A DNA stretch of 64,000 nt, from NCBI GenBank assembly GCA_015055515.1, contig SVIC01000001.1, forward strand, positions 20,114-84,113. Direction: 5' to 3'. Source of the stretch: Clostridiales bacterium. GTDB taxonomy: Bacteria; Bacillota; Clostridia; Christensenellales; UBA1242. Each line of letters starts with the position of its first letter. Positions within the stretch are counted from its first letter, which is position 1. Shown piece by piece: positions 1-8,462 of this stretch. Made by a program: the position numbers and the translations under genes. A model generated the notes under the pieces. The model was not told where the DNA came from. It did not search any database and saw only the letters and a list, made by a program, of their open reading frames with translations.

Positions 1-2114
1 AGCACTTGGTAGTGATTGTAACTGACAGCAAGCCATATATAGAGAAGTTTGCTAACAGGGTGATAGTGATAGAAGATGGTAAGATTGTATCTGACACCAG
101 TGCGGGCAAGGCTAATGAACTGAAAGACACCAAGCAAGAACTGATGGACAAGTCGATCTTAGTTAAAAAGCACCGATTTGATACCAGTTCTATGTGGGTT
201 GTGTTCAAGCAGATATTCAGTAAGAATGTAAAGAAAGTAATATCGATGATGCTTGTTAGTATGGCATTAGTGATTGCTTTTGCTATATGTGCTAGTCTAT
301 GTGTATTCGATACTTATGACAGTATTGCAAGGGCGTCAAAGGCACACGATGAGGCATATATACAGTTCTACAAAGAGAAAAATGGTGCTGTACAAGAATT
401 GAATTATGATAACACCACAGGTATAGAGTCTATAATAGCTACGCTACAAAAAGAAAATTTGTCATATTTCTGTGCTAAGCATGATGTGAATTGGGAGACA
501 AATATCAATGGTGGATATGTTGTGCCAGCAATTGTTACAAATAGCCAGCTATTAGGTGTGGGCGATGTTAATAAGTTCGGTCAAGAAATAGTATCGGGTA
601 AATATACTGGCAGTGCAGCAATAGCCAATGATGAAGAGGCTGGTACTAATATAGTAATATCTGACTATATGGCAGAGGTAATAATTCGTGATGGATTAAA
701 AGGTGGATTTGCTCCTGGTCAAAATGTAGAAGGCGGACTTAGGAACATTGCATTATATGATGAATTGACTAATGAGGCTAATTATATTGATGTTAATTTC
801 CGAATGAATGATCTATATTATGCGATAGTGGGTATATACAAGACCGATTTCGATAAGTATGTAGATAAGGATCTTGTGCCTTATGCGGAAACAAAAGACA
901 TATTTGAATACAATCTAGCAAATGTGTATAATGTAGTGCATGTAAATACAAATTTCTATACAATCAACTCAAGGCGTGCTACTAGTATTACAATGCCTGC
1001 TAAGAATATTGGAGTATATTCATTGGTAAAAGATGAATATAATAACCCTATATATTCCAGTATTTACACCGAGGGTGAGGTGCAAATAGTGAATGGTGCT
1101 AGTTCGTATGCAGGTGAGCTGATTGCTGGGACCGATTTAAGCATTATTAATGAGACTAGCAGAAATATATATGTAAGTGCCGATATATTTTATCAGATAT
1201 GTGTTAGGGCGGGAGCTACAACTACTATGTCTGATATAATCGCTAATTACAAGTCTTATAAGAGTATAATCGCTAATACCTTATTCTATGATATCGAGAT
1301 AGAGGGTGTTACTCAGAAATGCAACATTGCAGGGGTAATTCCTAATGCAGAATTGTCCAAGACAATAATTGTGAGTGGCAAAGACGTTACATCGGAGAAT
1401 ATGGGTGTTAGGTCTAAGTTCGAATATCTATTCATAGATAATAACATAACTACCAATGCAGTAATGATGCCAGCGGGAGTATTTAATGCAGGCGAGATAG
1501 AGAGTACAATAGACAAGATGGCTAGTCTAGGATTTAACGTATCCACACTGGCTAGTGATTCTATAAGGGATTTTGGCTCTACAATGAGCAATTTGCAAAT
1601 TCTTCTTATTGCTATAGCAGTGGCAATAGTAGCGGTTATTATATTAAATATTGTTGTTTCTACTAAGAAGATAGTAAGTAATAATAACAAGGTAATTGGA
1701 ATACTGCGTAGTCTAGGTTGTACTAAGGTAAATGTGAACTTTATATTCTCTACATTTATTATATTGGGAATACTTGCTAGTATATTATTTGCGACATTAT
1801 TCTCGTGGTTAATTACATTGATCATCAATGCTGTTATGGCGGGATCTTATGGATACGTATTGAGTGTCTTTACAATTAACTATCTGATACTAGGAATATT
1901 CGCACTATTGTTATTACTAAGTATAGTATTCATAGTGCCTAGTATGTGCGAAAAATACAATTCACTATCTCCATCAAATGTGTTGGCAATAGTAGATAAG
2001 AAAGCATTAAGAAAAGAAGCAGTAGCAGATGATGGCAAGGTGAGCGAAGCAAAATTGGAAGACAAAGAAAAAGTAAAAAAAGAGAAAATAAAAAAGAATA
2101 AAGATAAAGAATAA
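1..2114 (+). CDS. ABC transporter, fused ATPase / FtsX(MacB)-type permease; 5' end outside window
   Basis: The frame is open from the window edge (track ORF 6..2114). The first residues, VVIVTDSKPYIEKFANRVIVIEDGKIVSD, look like the C-terminal end of an ABC ATPase domain. They are followed by a TM helix, a roughly 450-aa extracytoplasmic region and a C-terminal 3-TM FtsX-like block with IGILRSLGCTK. The tail is Lys/Glu-rich. Confidence 0.8.
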   Translation, partial: HLVVIVTDSKPYIEKFANRVIVIEDGKIVSDTSAGKANELKDTKQELMDKSILVKKHRFDTSSMWVVFKQIFSKNVKKVISMMLVSMALVIAFAICASLCVFDTYDSIARASKAHDEAYIQFYKEKNGAVQELNYDNTTGIESIIATLQKENLSYFCAKHDVNWETNINGGYVVPAIVTNSQLLGVGDVNKFGQEIVSGKYTGSAAIANDEEAGTNIVISDYMAEVIIRDGLKGGFAPGQNVEGGLRNIALYDELTNEANYIDVNFRMNDLYYAIVGIYKTDFDKYVDKDLVPYAETKDIFEYNLANVYNVVHVNTNFYTINSRRATSITMPAKNIGVYSLVKDEYNNPIYSSIYTEGEVQIVNGASSYAGELIAGTDLSIINETSRNIYVSADIFYQICVRAGATTTMSDIIANYKSYKSIIANTLFYDIEIEGVTQKCNIAGVIPNAELSKTIIVSGKDVTSENMGVRSKFEYLFIDNNITTNAVMMPAGVFNAGEIESTIDKMASLGFNVSTLASDSIRDFGSTMSNLQILLIAIAVAIVAVIILNIVVSTKKIVSNNNKVIGILRSLGCTKVNVNFIFSTFIILGILASILFATLFSWLITLIINAVMAGSYGYVLSVFTINYLILGIFALLLLLSIVFIVPSMCEKYNSLSPSNVLAIVDKKALRKEAVADDGKVSEAKLEDKEKVKKEKIKKNKDKE

Positions 2115-2190
2115 TAAATTATGTTCGGTCAATTTGTGTTGCCGAACATATTTTTGACTATGAAATGTGCAAAAATGTAACAAAAAACCC

Positions 2191-2219
2191 TTGACAGCGG
2201 GCAGTATCTCTGATATAAT
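2191..2219 (+). promoter_or_regulatory. sigma-70 type promoter of rplJL (TTGACA-17 nt-TGaTATAAT)
   Basis: TTGACA lies at 2191-2196 and TATAAT at 2214-2219, with an exact 17-nt spacer. TG at 2211-2212 gives an extended -10. Confidence 0.65.
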
Positions 2220-2224
2220 CATGC

Positions 2225-2395
2225 ACGTAAAATATATGTTGAAGTCTTTGCCAAAGACAGCAAGTGAAGCATTCTTCGTAAATCTTGCCGAGGGAAAGTG
2301 TTAGATAGTGATATGAGTTCTCTTATGTCCTCTAATGCTTGTTGGCATTGGGGGACATTTTATTTTGCAATAGGGTGTAAAAATAAAATTAAGGA
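2225..2395 (+). promoter_or_regulatory. Ribosomal protein L10 (rplJ) leader with terminator-like attenuator hairpin
   Basis: A roughly 180-nt untranslated leader separates the promoter from the rplJ RBS. A hairpin atgtcctctaatgc/gcattgggggacat (2325-2358, with G-U pairs) is followed by tttatttt (to about 2366). Firmicute L10 leaders are known to work by transcription attenuation. Confidence 0.55.
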
Positions 2396-2401
2396 GAGAC
2401 T

Positions 2402-2890
2402 ATGAGCGCAAATATTGAAGCAAAAAAGAAACTTGTTGCCGATATACAAGAGCAATTGAAGAATGCTAAGAGCATGGTATTCGTAGATTATCGTGGCATC
2501 ACAGTTACTGAGGACACAGAGCTTCGTAGAGCATTTAGAGAGGCTGGCGTTACTTACAAAGTATTTAAGAACAGACTTCTTATCAAGGCTCTAGACAATA
2601 TCGGTGTTACAGGCTATGATCCAAAGATGTTCGAAGGCACTACTGCTGTAGCTTTCTCAGAGGATGAAGTAGCTCCAGCAAGAATCTTCTGTGAGACTGC
2701 TGAGAAGCTAAAGAAGATGGACGTTAAGTTCGCTATTGTTAACGGCGAGATTATGGACAAAGCAAATGTTGAGGCTTTGGCGAAGATACCTTCCAAGCCA
2801 GTACTTATATCTATGCTTATGTCTGTGCTACAAGGACCTATGTCTGCTGTAGCTAGAGCATTGAATGAGATTGCTAAGAAGCAAGCTTAA
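2402..2890 (+). CDS. rplJ: 50S ribosomal protein L10
   Basis: 162 aa with an AAGGAG RBS at 2391-2396. The sequence is typical of L10 (KSMVFVDYRGITV, VFKNRL) and the gene sits immediately upstream of rplL. Confidence 0.97.
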   Translation: MSANIEAKKKLVADIQEQLKNAKSMVFVDYRGITVTEDTELRRAFREAGVTYKVFKNRLLIKALDNIGVTGYDPKMFEGTTAVAFSEDEVAPARIFCETAEKLKKMDVKFAIVNGEIMDKANVEALAKIPSKPVLISMLMSVLQGPMSAVARALNEIAKKQA

Positions 2891-2950
2891 TTAAGATGCA
2901 GAATACAAAATTATAAAAAAATTAATTAAAAAAATTTAAGGAGAATTAAA

Positions 2951-3322
2951 ATGGCTGATTTGAATAAAATTGTTGAACAAATCGAGAGTCTAACTGTATT
3001 AGAGGTTAGCGAATTAGTAAAAATGTTAGAAGAGAAATTTGGTGTTAGTGCTGCTGCTCAAGTAGCTGTTGCTGGTCCAGCTGCTGCTGGCGCTGCTGCT
3101 GCAGAAGAGAAGAGCGAATTCACAGTAGTATTGAAGGAAGCTGGTGCTAACAAAATTGCTGTAATCAAGATCGTTAAGGAGATCACTGGTCTAGGTCTAG
3201 GTGAGGCTAAGGCATTAGTTGATGGTGCTCCTGCAACTATTAAGGAGAATGTTCCTGCAGAGCAAGCTAAAGAGATGGAAGCTAAGTTGAAAGAAGCTGG
3301 CGCTACTGTTGAGCTTAAGTAA
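2951..3322 (+). CDS. rplL: 50S ribosomal protein L7/L12
   Basis: 123 aa with an Ala-rich hinge ([21 protein letters not shown]) and the C-terminal [23 protein letters not shown]...[10 protein letters not shown] motif. An AAGGAG RBS precedes it. Confidence 0.98.
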   Translation: MADLNKIVEQIESLTVLEVSELVKMLEEKFGVSAAAQVAVAGPAAAGAAAAEEKSEFTVVLKEAGANKIAVIKIVKEITGLGLGEAKALVDGAPATIKENVPAEQAKEMEAKLKEAGATVELK

Positions 3323-3343
3323 TTATAATTTATTTTTACAAAC

Positions 3344-3385
3344 CAAAAAAAATACTGACAAAAACATTTGCCAGTATTTTTTTTC
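3344..3385 (+). terminator. Rho-independent terminator after rplL
   Basis: An aatactg...cagtatt stem is flanked by an A-run and a T8-run. Confidence 0.7.
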
Positions 3386-3413
3386 TATGAATACAGTTAA
3401 GATTTAATAAAGA

Positions 3414-3444
3414 TAAAAAAATCCCCACATATAGCATGGGGATA
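3414..3444 (-). terminator. Rho-independent terminator after rplI
   Basis: On the minus strand, hairpin atcccca-N9-tggggat (3421-3443) is followed by a T-run (the complement of A 3415-3421). Confidence 0.7.
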
Positions 3445-3452
3445 TATTTATA

Positions 3453-3893
3453 TTATTGAGGGATGACCTCTACATTAAGTTTTATTACGACAGTAGGATG
3501 CAATCGTACTGTTGCTGTATACAATCCTATTTGCTTTATTGTAGATATCTCTATCTTCTTCTTGTCTACATTGTATCCGGCATTGGATAATTCTTCTGCA
3601 ATTTCTTTGTTGGTTACAGATCCGAATGTCTTACCATTTTCTCCACACTTGATCTTGCATACAACCTTAATATCTTTTAATCTTTCTCCCAATGCTACCG
3701 CAGACAATCTCTCTTGCTCTGCCTTATATGCGTTGCTAGCTTGGGCTTGTTTTGCCTCGTTAAGATTGGTATTGGTGCCAGCCAGTGCATATCCGTTAGG
3801 AATTAGAAAGTTATTGGCATATCCATTATTAACCTCTATAATATCGCCTTTTTTGCCTTTGCCTTTTAAGTCTTTTAACAATACTATCTTCAT
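3453..3893 (-). CDS. rplI: 50S ribosomal protein L9
   Basis: MKIVLLKDLKGKGKKGDIIEVNNGYANNFLIPNGYA is the canonical L9 N-terminus. I chose the ATG at 3893 because AGGAGG lies 7 nt upstream; the track start at 3911 would place that RBS inside the ORF. Confidence 0.95.
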   Translation of the reverse strand: MKIVLLKDLKGKGKKGDIIEVNNGYANNFLIPNGYALAGTNTNLNEAKQAQASNAYKAEQERLSAVALGERLKDIKVVCKIKCGENGKTFGSVTNKEIAEELSNAGYNVDKKKIEISTIKQIGLYTATVRLHPTVVIKLNVEVIPQ

Positions 3894-4015
3894 AATATTC
3901 CTCCTAAGCATATATTCCTAGTATGATTGTAATGCAAAATGGTATATTAAGTCAAACATTTTCTTGGAATAAAAGACAGATCCTATGGACAACATAATAT
4001 TGTAGGAGGGGGAGT

Positions 4016-4336
4016 ATGGATCTGAAATGTAAGAAATTGGATTGTGAACACAATGATAAATATAGTTGTATGAAGGATACTATACAAGTGACTGGTAGTG
4101 CGGAGTGCGATAGTTATGTCAAAGATGGCAAAGTGCGTGAGGGACAGACCCAGAACGCCAGTCGTGATATGTTCGAGGTTGCACCCGATTATCATCCATA
4201 TAGGCACAAGAGACAAGTGGATATAGAATGTGGTGCAGAGTGTTTATTCAATATTAATAATCATTGCCGTGCTAACGGCATAAGTGTATGCAATTGCAAA
4301 GATATTGCGCTATGCACAACTTTTATAAAAAAATAG
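4016..4336 (+). CDS. Small Cys-rich protein with two DUF1540-like repeats
   Basis: 106 aa with a GGAGGGGGAG RBS. Two C-x2-3-C...N...C blocks (KCKKLDCEHNDKYSCMKDTIQV and IECGAECLFNINNHCRANGISV) resemble the four-Cys DUF1540 pattern, recalled from memory. Confidence 0.6.
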   Translation: MDLKCKKLDCEHNDKYSCMKDTIQVTGSAECDSYVKDGKVREGQTQNASRDMFEVAPDYHPYRHKRQVDIECGAECLFNINNHCRANGISVCNCKDIALCTTFIKK

Positions 4337-4360
4337 CCTTCTTAAATCAAGAAGGCTATT
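4332..4360. terminator. Bidirectional terminator hairpin between convergent genes
   Basis: A perfect 12-bp stem aatagccttctt / aagaaggctatt has an A-run on the left, which reads as a T-run for the minus-strand gene. Confidence 0.6.
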
Positions 4361-4361
4361 T

Positions 4362-4568
4362 CTAATCATCTTCTAATCCAGCAAGATAATCAAGTGTTAC
4401 ACCAAAGTATTTGGCTACAGCAGCTGCATAATAAAGGGTTGGGACTTTCTTATCTTGTTCCCACCATGATATAGCAATCCTAGACACTCCTACATATTCT
4501 GCAAGTGTTGCTTGGCTTATATTGTTATCTATTCTTAACTGTTTTAATCTCTGACCGAATGTTCCCAT
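4362..4568 (-). CDS. XRE-family helix-turn-helix transcriptional regulator
   Basis: 68 aa. FGQRLKQLRIDNNISQATLAEYVGVSRIAISWWEQDKKVPTL is a classic HTH_3 (Cro/C1) domain. Confidence 0.88.
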   Translation of the reverse strand: MGTFGQRLKQLRIDNNISQATLAEYVGVSRIAISWWEQDKKVPTLYYAAAVAKYFGVTLDYLAGLEDD

Positions 4569-4611
4569 AATATACCTTTATTGTATAATACAATAAATTA
4601 TACAAAAAGAC

Positions 4612-4655
4612 TTGACATGTAACTATGGTTACATATATACTAACTATAGTTACAT
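4612..4655 (+). promoter_or_regulatory. Promoter overlapped by two palindromic operator-like sites (consensus TAACTATRGTTAC)
   Basis: TTGACA lies at 4612-4617 and TATATA at 4634-4639. Inverted repeat atgtaac-tatg-gttacat spans 4617-4634, and a perfect 12-bp palindrome taactatagtta spans 4641-4652. All sit between the divergent HTH genes. Confidence 0.5.
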
Positions 4656-4673
4656 CAAGGTAGGAGGAGGATT

Positions 4674-4886
4674 ATGGATACAGACAAAATATTCAATACA
4701 GATCAGTTAATTTTTTACAAATGGAGAAACAGAACTACATATACAAAAATGGCAAAAGAGTTTGGAGTAAGTTATACTGCAATTAGAAAGTTATTCAATC
4801 AAGATACTAGTATTGGACTGAAGGCAGTATACAAAATAGCAAGAGGATTAAATGTTGAACTGTGTGAAATGTTTATAAAAAAATAG
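4674..4886 (+). CDS. Small Cro-like HTH protein
   Basis: 70 aa with a GGAGGAGG RBS. TYTKMAKEFGVSYTAIRKLFN is HTH-like. The gene is divergent from the XRE gene. Confidence 0.6.
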   Translation: MDTDKIFNTDQLIFYKWRNRTTYTKMAKEFGVSYTAIRKLFNQDTSIGLKAVYKIARGLNVELCEMFIKK

Positions 4887-4905
4887 CCTAAATTGGCTAT
4901 TTTTT
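4881..4905. terminator. Bidirectional terminator hairpin
   Basis: An aaatagcc / ggctattt stem is flanked by an A-run and a T-run. It serves the 4674 gene and the convergent 4904 gene. Confidence 0.6.
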
Positions 4906-6094
4906 ATATCTCCATATTTTCTACTATGTCTAATACTTCCTTAATCTTCAATGCTGCTTCATCCATTTGCTCACGAGTGTGAGTAGCGGTGTAGCTAGTT
5001 CTGATTAAGCTCATTCCTTCTGGTGTAGATGGTGGAACTGCAGGATTAGTATACACGCCACGCTCTGCCAACATCTTGCAAGCAATGAATGTCTTCTTAG
5101 CATCATATGTATATATTGGAATAATTGGAGTGTTGTCTATCTCTACAATCTTTACACCCAATGACTTCAACTTCTCTCTCATATAATTGGATATATCTAG
5201 TAGTGCATCTTTTCTCTCAGGGTGCTCTCTTAATATCTTAAGTGCTGCTCTTGCGCACGCTACACTTGCTGGTGTAATTGATGCAGAGAATATGAATGGA
5301 CGAGAAGTGTGCTTAACATAATCTACGACTTCTTTCTTTCCTGCCATATAGCCACCAAGGGAAGCAAGTGACTTGGAGAAAGTGCCCATGTATATATCTA
5401 CATCATCCTCTAAATCGAAATATTCAGCAGTGCCTCTACCGTGCTTACCAAGTACGCCTAGTGCATGGGCGTCATCTACCATTATTCTAGCATTATATTT
5501 CTTAGCCAATGCTACTATTTCTGGCAATTTGCAGATATCGCCACTCATACTAAATACGCCATCTGTTACAATTAATTTGCCCTTGTCATCGCCAACCGAT
5601 TGCAATTGTCTCTCTAGGTCCTCCATATCGCTATGGTTATAACGAAGAAGCTTAGCATAACTTAGTCTGCAAGCATCGTATATACTAGCGTGATTTTCCT
5701 TATCGCCAATGATAACGTCGTTACGACCGCAAATAGCAGATATAATACCCAGGTTAGATTGAAATCCTGTACTGAATGTCATAACTGCTTCTTTGTTAAG
5801 GAACTCAGCCAATTCTTCTTCAAGCATTACGTGTTGATCTAGAGTACCATTAAGGAATCTAGAACCAGAACAACCAGAACCATATTTTTGCAGTGCTTCT
5901 ACTCCTGCCTTGATTACATCCGGGTGAGATGTAAGTCCTAGATAGTTATTAGATCCTATCATGATAGTCCTCTGGCCATTCATCATAACCTCGGTATCTT
6001 GACCACTAGTTAGCATTTGGAAATATGGGTATATTCCTTCCTTTCTAATCTCATTTAGTAGTGTAAAACTACCACATTTATCAAACAAATCCAT
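4904..6094 (-). CDS. PLP-dependent alpha-oxoamine synthase, serine palmitoyltransferase/KBL-like
   Basis: Motifs seen: GIYPYF, GSNNYLGL, GSGCSGSRFLNGT, DGVFSM.GD and the PLP-lysine motif GTFSKSLASLGGY. As I recall, the overall pattern is closer to bacterial SPT than to E. coli Kbl or BioF. The start is uncertain: I used the ATG at 6094 (MDLFDKC), while the track ORF extends to 6163. Neither start has a good RBS. Confidence 0.85.
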   Translation of the reverse strand: MDLFDKCGSFTLLNEIRKEGIYPYFQMLTSGQDTEVMMNGQRTIMIGSNNYLGLTSHPDVIKAGVEALQKYGSGCSGSRFLNGTLDQHVMLEEELAEFLNKEAVMTFSTGFQSNLGIISAICGRNDVIIGDKENHASIYDACRLSYAKLLRYNHSDMEDLERQLQSVGDDKGKLIVTDGVFSMSGDICKLPEIVALAKKYNARIMVDDAHALGVLGKHGRGTAEYFDLEDDVDIYMGTFSKSLASLGGYMAGKKEVVDYVKHTSRPFIFSASITPASVACARAALKILREHPERKDALLDISNYMREKLKSLGVKIVEIDNTPIIPIYTYDAKKTFIACKMLAERGVYTNPAVPPSTPEGMSLIRTSYTATHTREQMDEAALKIKEVLDIVENMEI

Positions 6095-6393
6095 TGTAAG
6101 TCTATAATTCTCAAAGATATATATTATCTTTTGAGAAATCCTCCCTTTTTTATTTATATACATTAGTTATTTTAACACAAAAATGCTCATCTGTGAAATA
6201 AATGGTATAAAAAAATACATATTGCTTAAAAATTTTTTTCAGATAACAAGAAAACAAGTCTTACTAAATTGTTACTAATGCTTGAATATGCAAAATTATT
6301 TTCATATAGAAAATATTAGTAAAAAGTATTTTAATGTGGTATACTAAACTAGAATTATTAGGCGTGTAAAATTATATATAGGAGAAATGGAAA

Positions 6394-8316
6394 ATGCTAC
6401 ATTTGTTATTAGAAAACAGTGCTTTTTATGATGACACCACATTATATGGTAAATTAATATCATTATTGCGTGATCTAGCAGGCAATTTGTCTGAGTCTAC
6501 AATGATTTGGATTGCGGTGGGGATATTGGCATTAGTTACTGTTGCAATAATGCTTGCAAAGCACAAGACTTATGAGAAGAAGTTGATGAAAAGTGTGAAG
6601 GGGTTAAATAAATATCTTCATACCAATCCTTATGTCAATGATGAGAACTTGGTAAGTCTGAATGCGAAGTTCAAGCAATCACCTAAGGCGTTAAGACATG
6701 GCTGGCAAGAATATGTGTTAAATCGTGATAAGTCTCCTAGTGAATATATGTCCACAGAGAGTGTTATAGATCATCCTAACAAGGCTAGTGGTTATAAGAC
6801 TGCTATTAGGATTGCGAAATGTCTATATATTATATCTGCAATAGTTATATCACTGCTAATGTTCCTGCGTTCAATTGGTATTGATCAATCTGAGATAAAT
6901 GAAAAAATATTCACAGTTAGAACTATATTCGATATTGTGTTCTTGCCAGGATTATTATTGCTATTAGGGTACTTAATAATAGTAATATTTGAATCAACAT
7001 ATTCATCATTTATTAATGATTTGTATTATGAGTACAGAGAGTTCCAAGGTTATATCAACAAGGCATGTACAACTATGCCTCCATATATTGATTATGAGAT
7101 ACTATTCACTCCAAAAGAGATCAAGGATGGTATATCTGTACTACAAGAATACTTAGACAAGAAAGCAATTATGGACCAGAAAGAAAAAGAAGAAGAGGCG
7201 TTAAATAAGCAGAATTACGAGAAATTCGACTTCGATGAACTGGGTGTAGAGGGCTCAATATTATTAGAGCGTGCTATGACCGAGAGTGAGAAATACTTCA
7301 ATATAAAGCGTAATCTGGTAGAACGTAGAACATCAAAAGAGCAAGAAATTGCTAATTATTCTAAGAATTTCGATGATGTAACAAAAGATTTCGAGAGAAA
7401 GGCTCAGACCATAAGAGAGAGTATGAACCAGATAACAGAGCAGTTAAACAACACATCTGTTAAGATTGAGGCGAACTACTTGAAAAAGCGTTATGATGAA
7501 GAGCAACAGAAGTTGCAACAGTTGGAAAAGGATCACCAGTTATCTGAGGCAAGATTCAAAAAACAACAGGCAGAGTTGCAAGAAGAACTAGATGCTATAG
7601 ATGAAGAAGTAGAGTCTAGAAGAAAGAAGTTAGAGACTATCATGACCGCAGAGGGTAAGACATATTCTAACAAGATTTATGGTATAATCAATGACATTGT
7701 CAATAAGCAAAACGAACCTCATATGAAGGAAATGGAAGAGCAAAAAGTGGCAATGGAAGAAGAAATTGAGAACATGAAGTCTAAGATTAATTCTTGTGAA
7801 TTGGAGTTAAATACTAAGTCTGAGAAAATAAACGAATTAGAAAGAGAATTGGGCCAAAAACTAGCTGAGATAGAGACTATAGATAGTATTAAAGAATATT
7901 TTACATCTCCAGAATTTAGACAAAGGGTACAAGCTTCTAGCATGTCTCCTGAAGAATACAGAGAGATGGTATCTGCGCAAGAATTGCAGACAAAGCTAGC
8001 ACGTGCAGAAGAAGAATTGGCACAAGAGAAGGCTAAGAATAGCAAGCTAGAAGCAAGGGCAAAAATGCCAGAGAATGTTACTGTTGCAAAACCTGTTACC
8101 GCTACTAAGCCAGTTGTAAAAGAAGTGCAGAAGAAAGAAACTCAGAAGGTAAATAATCTAGATTTCGATAAAGAATCTAAGAAGATGATAAATGAGGCTA
8201 ATGCAGAAGCAAAGGCTCAATCTAGCACTAAATCAAAGACTGTTAGTTCTCTGAATTCTAAGAAGAATAGTCTAATGAACTCTATTCAAAAGTTAAATAG
8301 TATAAAGAAAAAATAA
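6394..8316 (+). CDS. Membrane protein with 3 N-terminal TM helices and a long cytoplasmic coiled coil; function unknown
   Basis: 640 aa with an AGGAGA RBS. Hydrophobic segments: IWIAVGILALVTVAIML, LYIISAIVISLLMFL, VFLPGLLLLLGYLIIVIF. These are followed by about 400 aa of E/K/Q-rich heptad-like sequence and a K/S-rich tail. Confidence 0.7.
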   Translation: MLHLLLENSAFYDDTTLYGKLISLLRDLAGNLSESTMIWIAVGILALVTVAIMLAKHKTYEKKLMKSVKGLNKYLHTNPYVNDENLVSLNAKFKQSPKALRHGWQEYVLNRDKSPSEYMSTESVIDHPNKASGYKTAIRIAKCLYIISAIVISLLMFLRSIGIDQSEINEKIFTVRTIFDIVFLPGLLLLLGYLIIVIFESTYSSFINDLYYEYREFQGYINKACTTMPPYIDYEILFTPKEIKDGISVLQEYLDKKAIMDQKEKEEEALNKQNYEKFDFDELGVEGSILLERAMTESEKYFNIKRNLVERRTSKEQEIANYSKNFDDVTKDFERKAQTIRESMNQITEQLNNTSVKIEANYLKKRYDEEQQKLQQLEKDHQLSEARFKKQQAELQEELDAIDEEVESRRKKLETIMTAEGKTYSNKIYGIINDIVNKQNEPHMKEMEEQKVAMEEEIENMKSKINSCELELNTKSEKINELERELGQKLAEIETIDSIKEYFTSPEFRQRVQASSMSPEEYREMVSAQELQTKLARAEEELAQEKAKNSKLEARAKMPENVTVAKPVTATKPVVKEVQKKETQKVNNLDFDKESKKMINEANAEAKAQSSTKSKTVSSLNSKKNSLMNSIQKLNSIKKK

Positions 8317-8328
8317 TAATTGAAATAT

Positions 8329-8360
8329 AAAGCAACGATGAGAATGTCGTTGCTTTTTTT
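8329..8360 (+). terminator. Rho-independent terminator
   Basis: Stem aaagcaacga / tcgttgcttt followed by T7. Confidence 0.75.
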
Positions 8361-8402
8361 CATATTCTATTTATGAAATAATGGCTATGTTTCTCAAATA
8401 AT

Positions 8403-8431
8403 TTGACATTGACATAATATATATGTATACT
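8403..8431 (+). promoter_or_regulatory. Promoter of lgt (TTGACA-17 nt-TATACT; TG dinucleotide directly abuts the -10)
   Basis: TTGACA lies at 8403-8408 (with a tandem second copy at 8409-8414) and TATACT at 8426-8431. TG at 8424-8425 directly abuts the -10, so this is not a canonical TGn extended -10. Confidence 0.5.
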
Positions 8432-8462
8432 CGTAAAAGAATATTTGTCAAAGGGGAAAAAG

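Noticed and set aside
3463-3921. 152-aa plus-strand ORF exactly mirroring rplI. The same situation applies to 25780..26436 (+), 22003..22431 (+), 23849..24274 (-), 10760..11146 (-), 1313..1828 (-) and 16889..17197 (+).
   Set aside because: Each lies opposite, or overlaps, a confidently identified gene with clear family motifs. Each lacks an RBS and translates to low-complexity sequence.
3950-4000. Forespore-type (sigG/sigF) promoter upstream of the DUF1540 gene (GAATA ... CATAATA).
   Set aside because: The spacing between the two elements is 21 nt by my count. That is too long for the known consensus, so I did not call it.
4362-4886. Prophage or integrative element, inferred from the Cro/CI-like HTH pair.
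   Set aside because: No integrase, recombinase, phage structural or replication genes are present, and no att-like direct repeats are visible within several kb. I kept the region only as a regulatory-switch observation.
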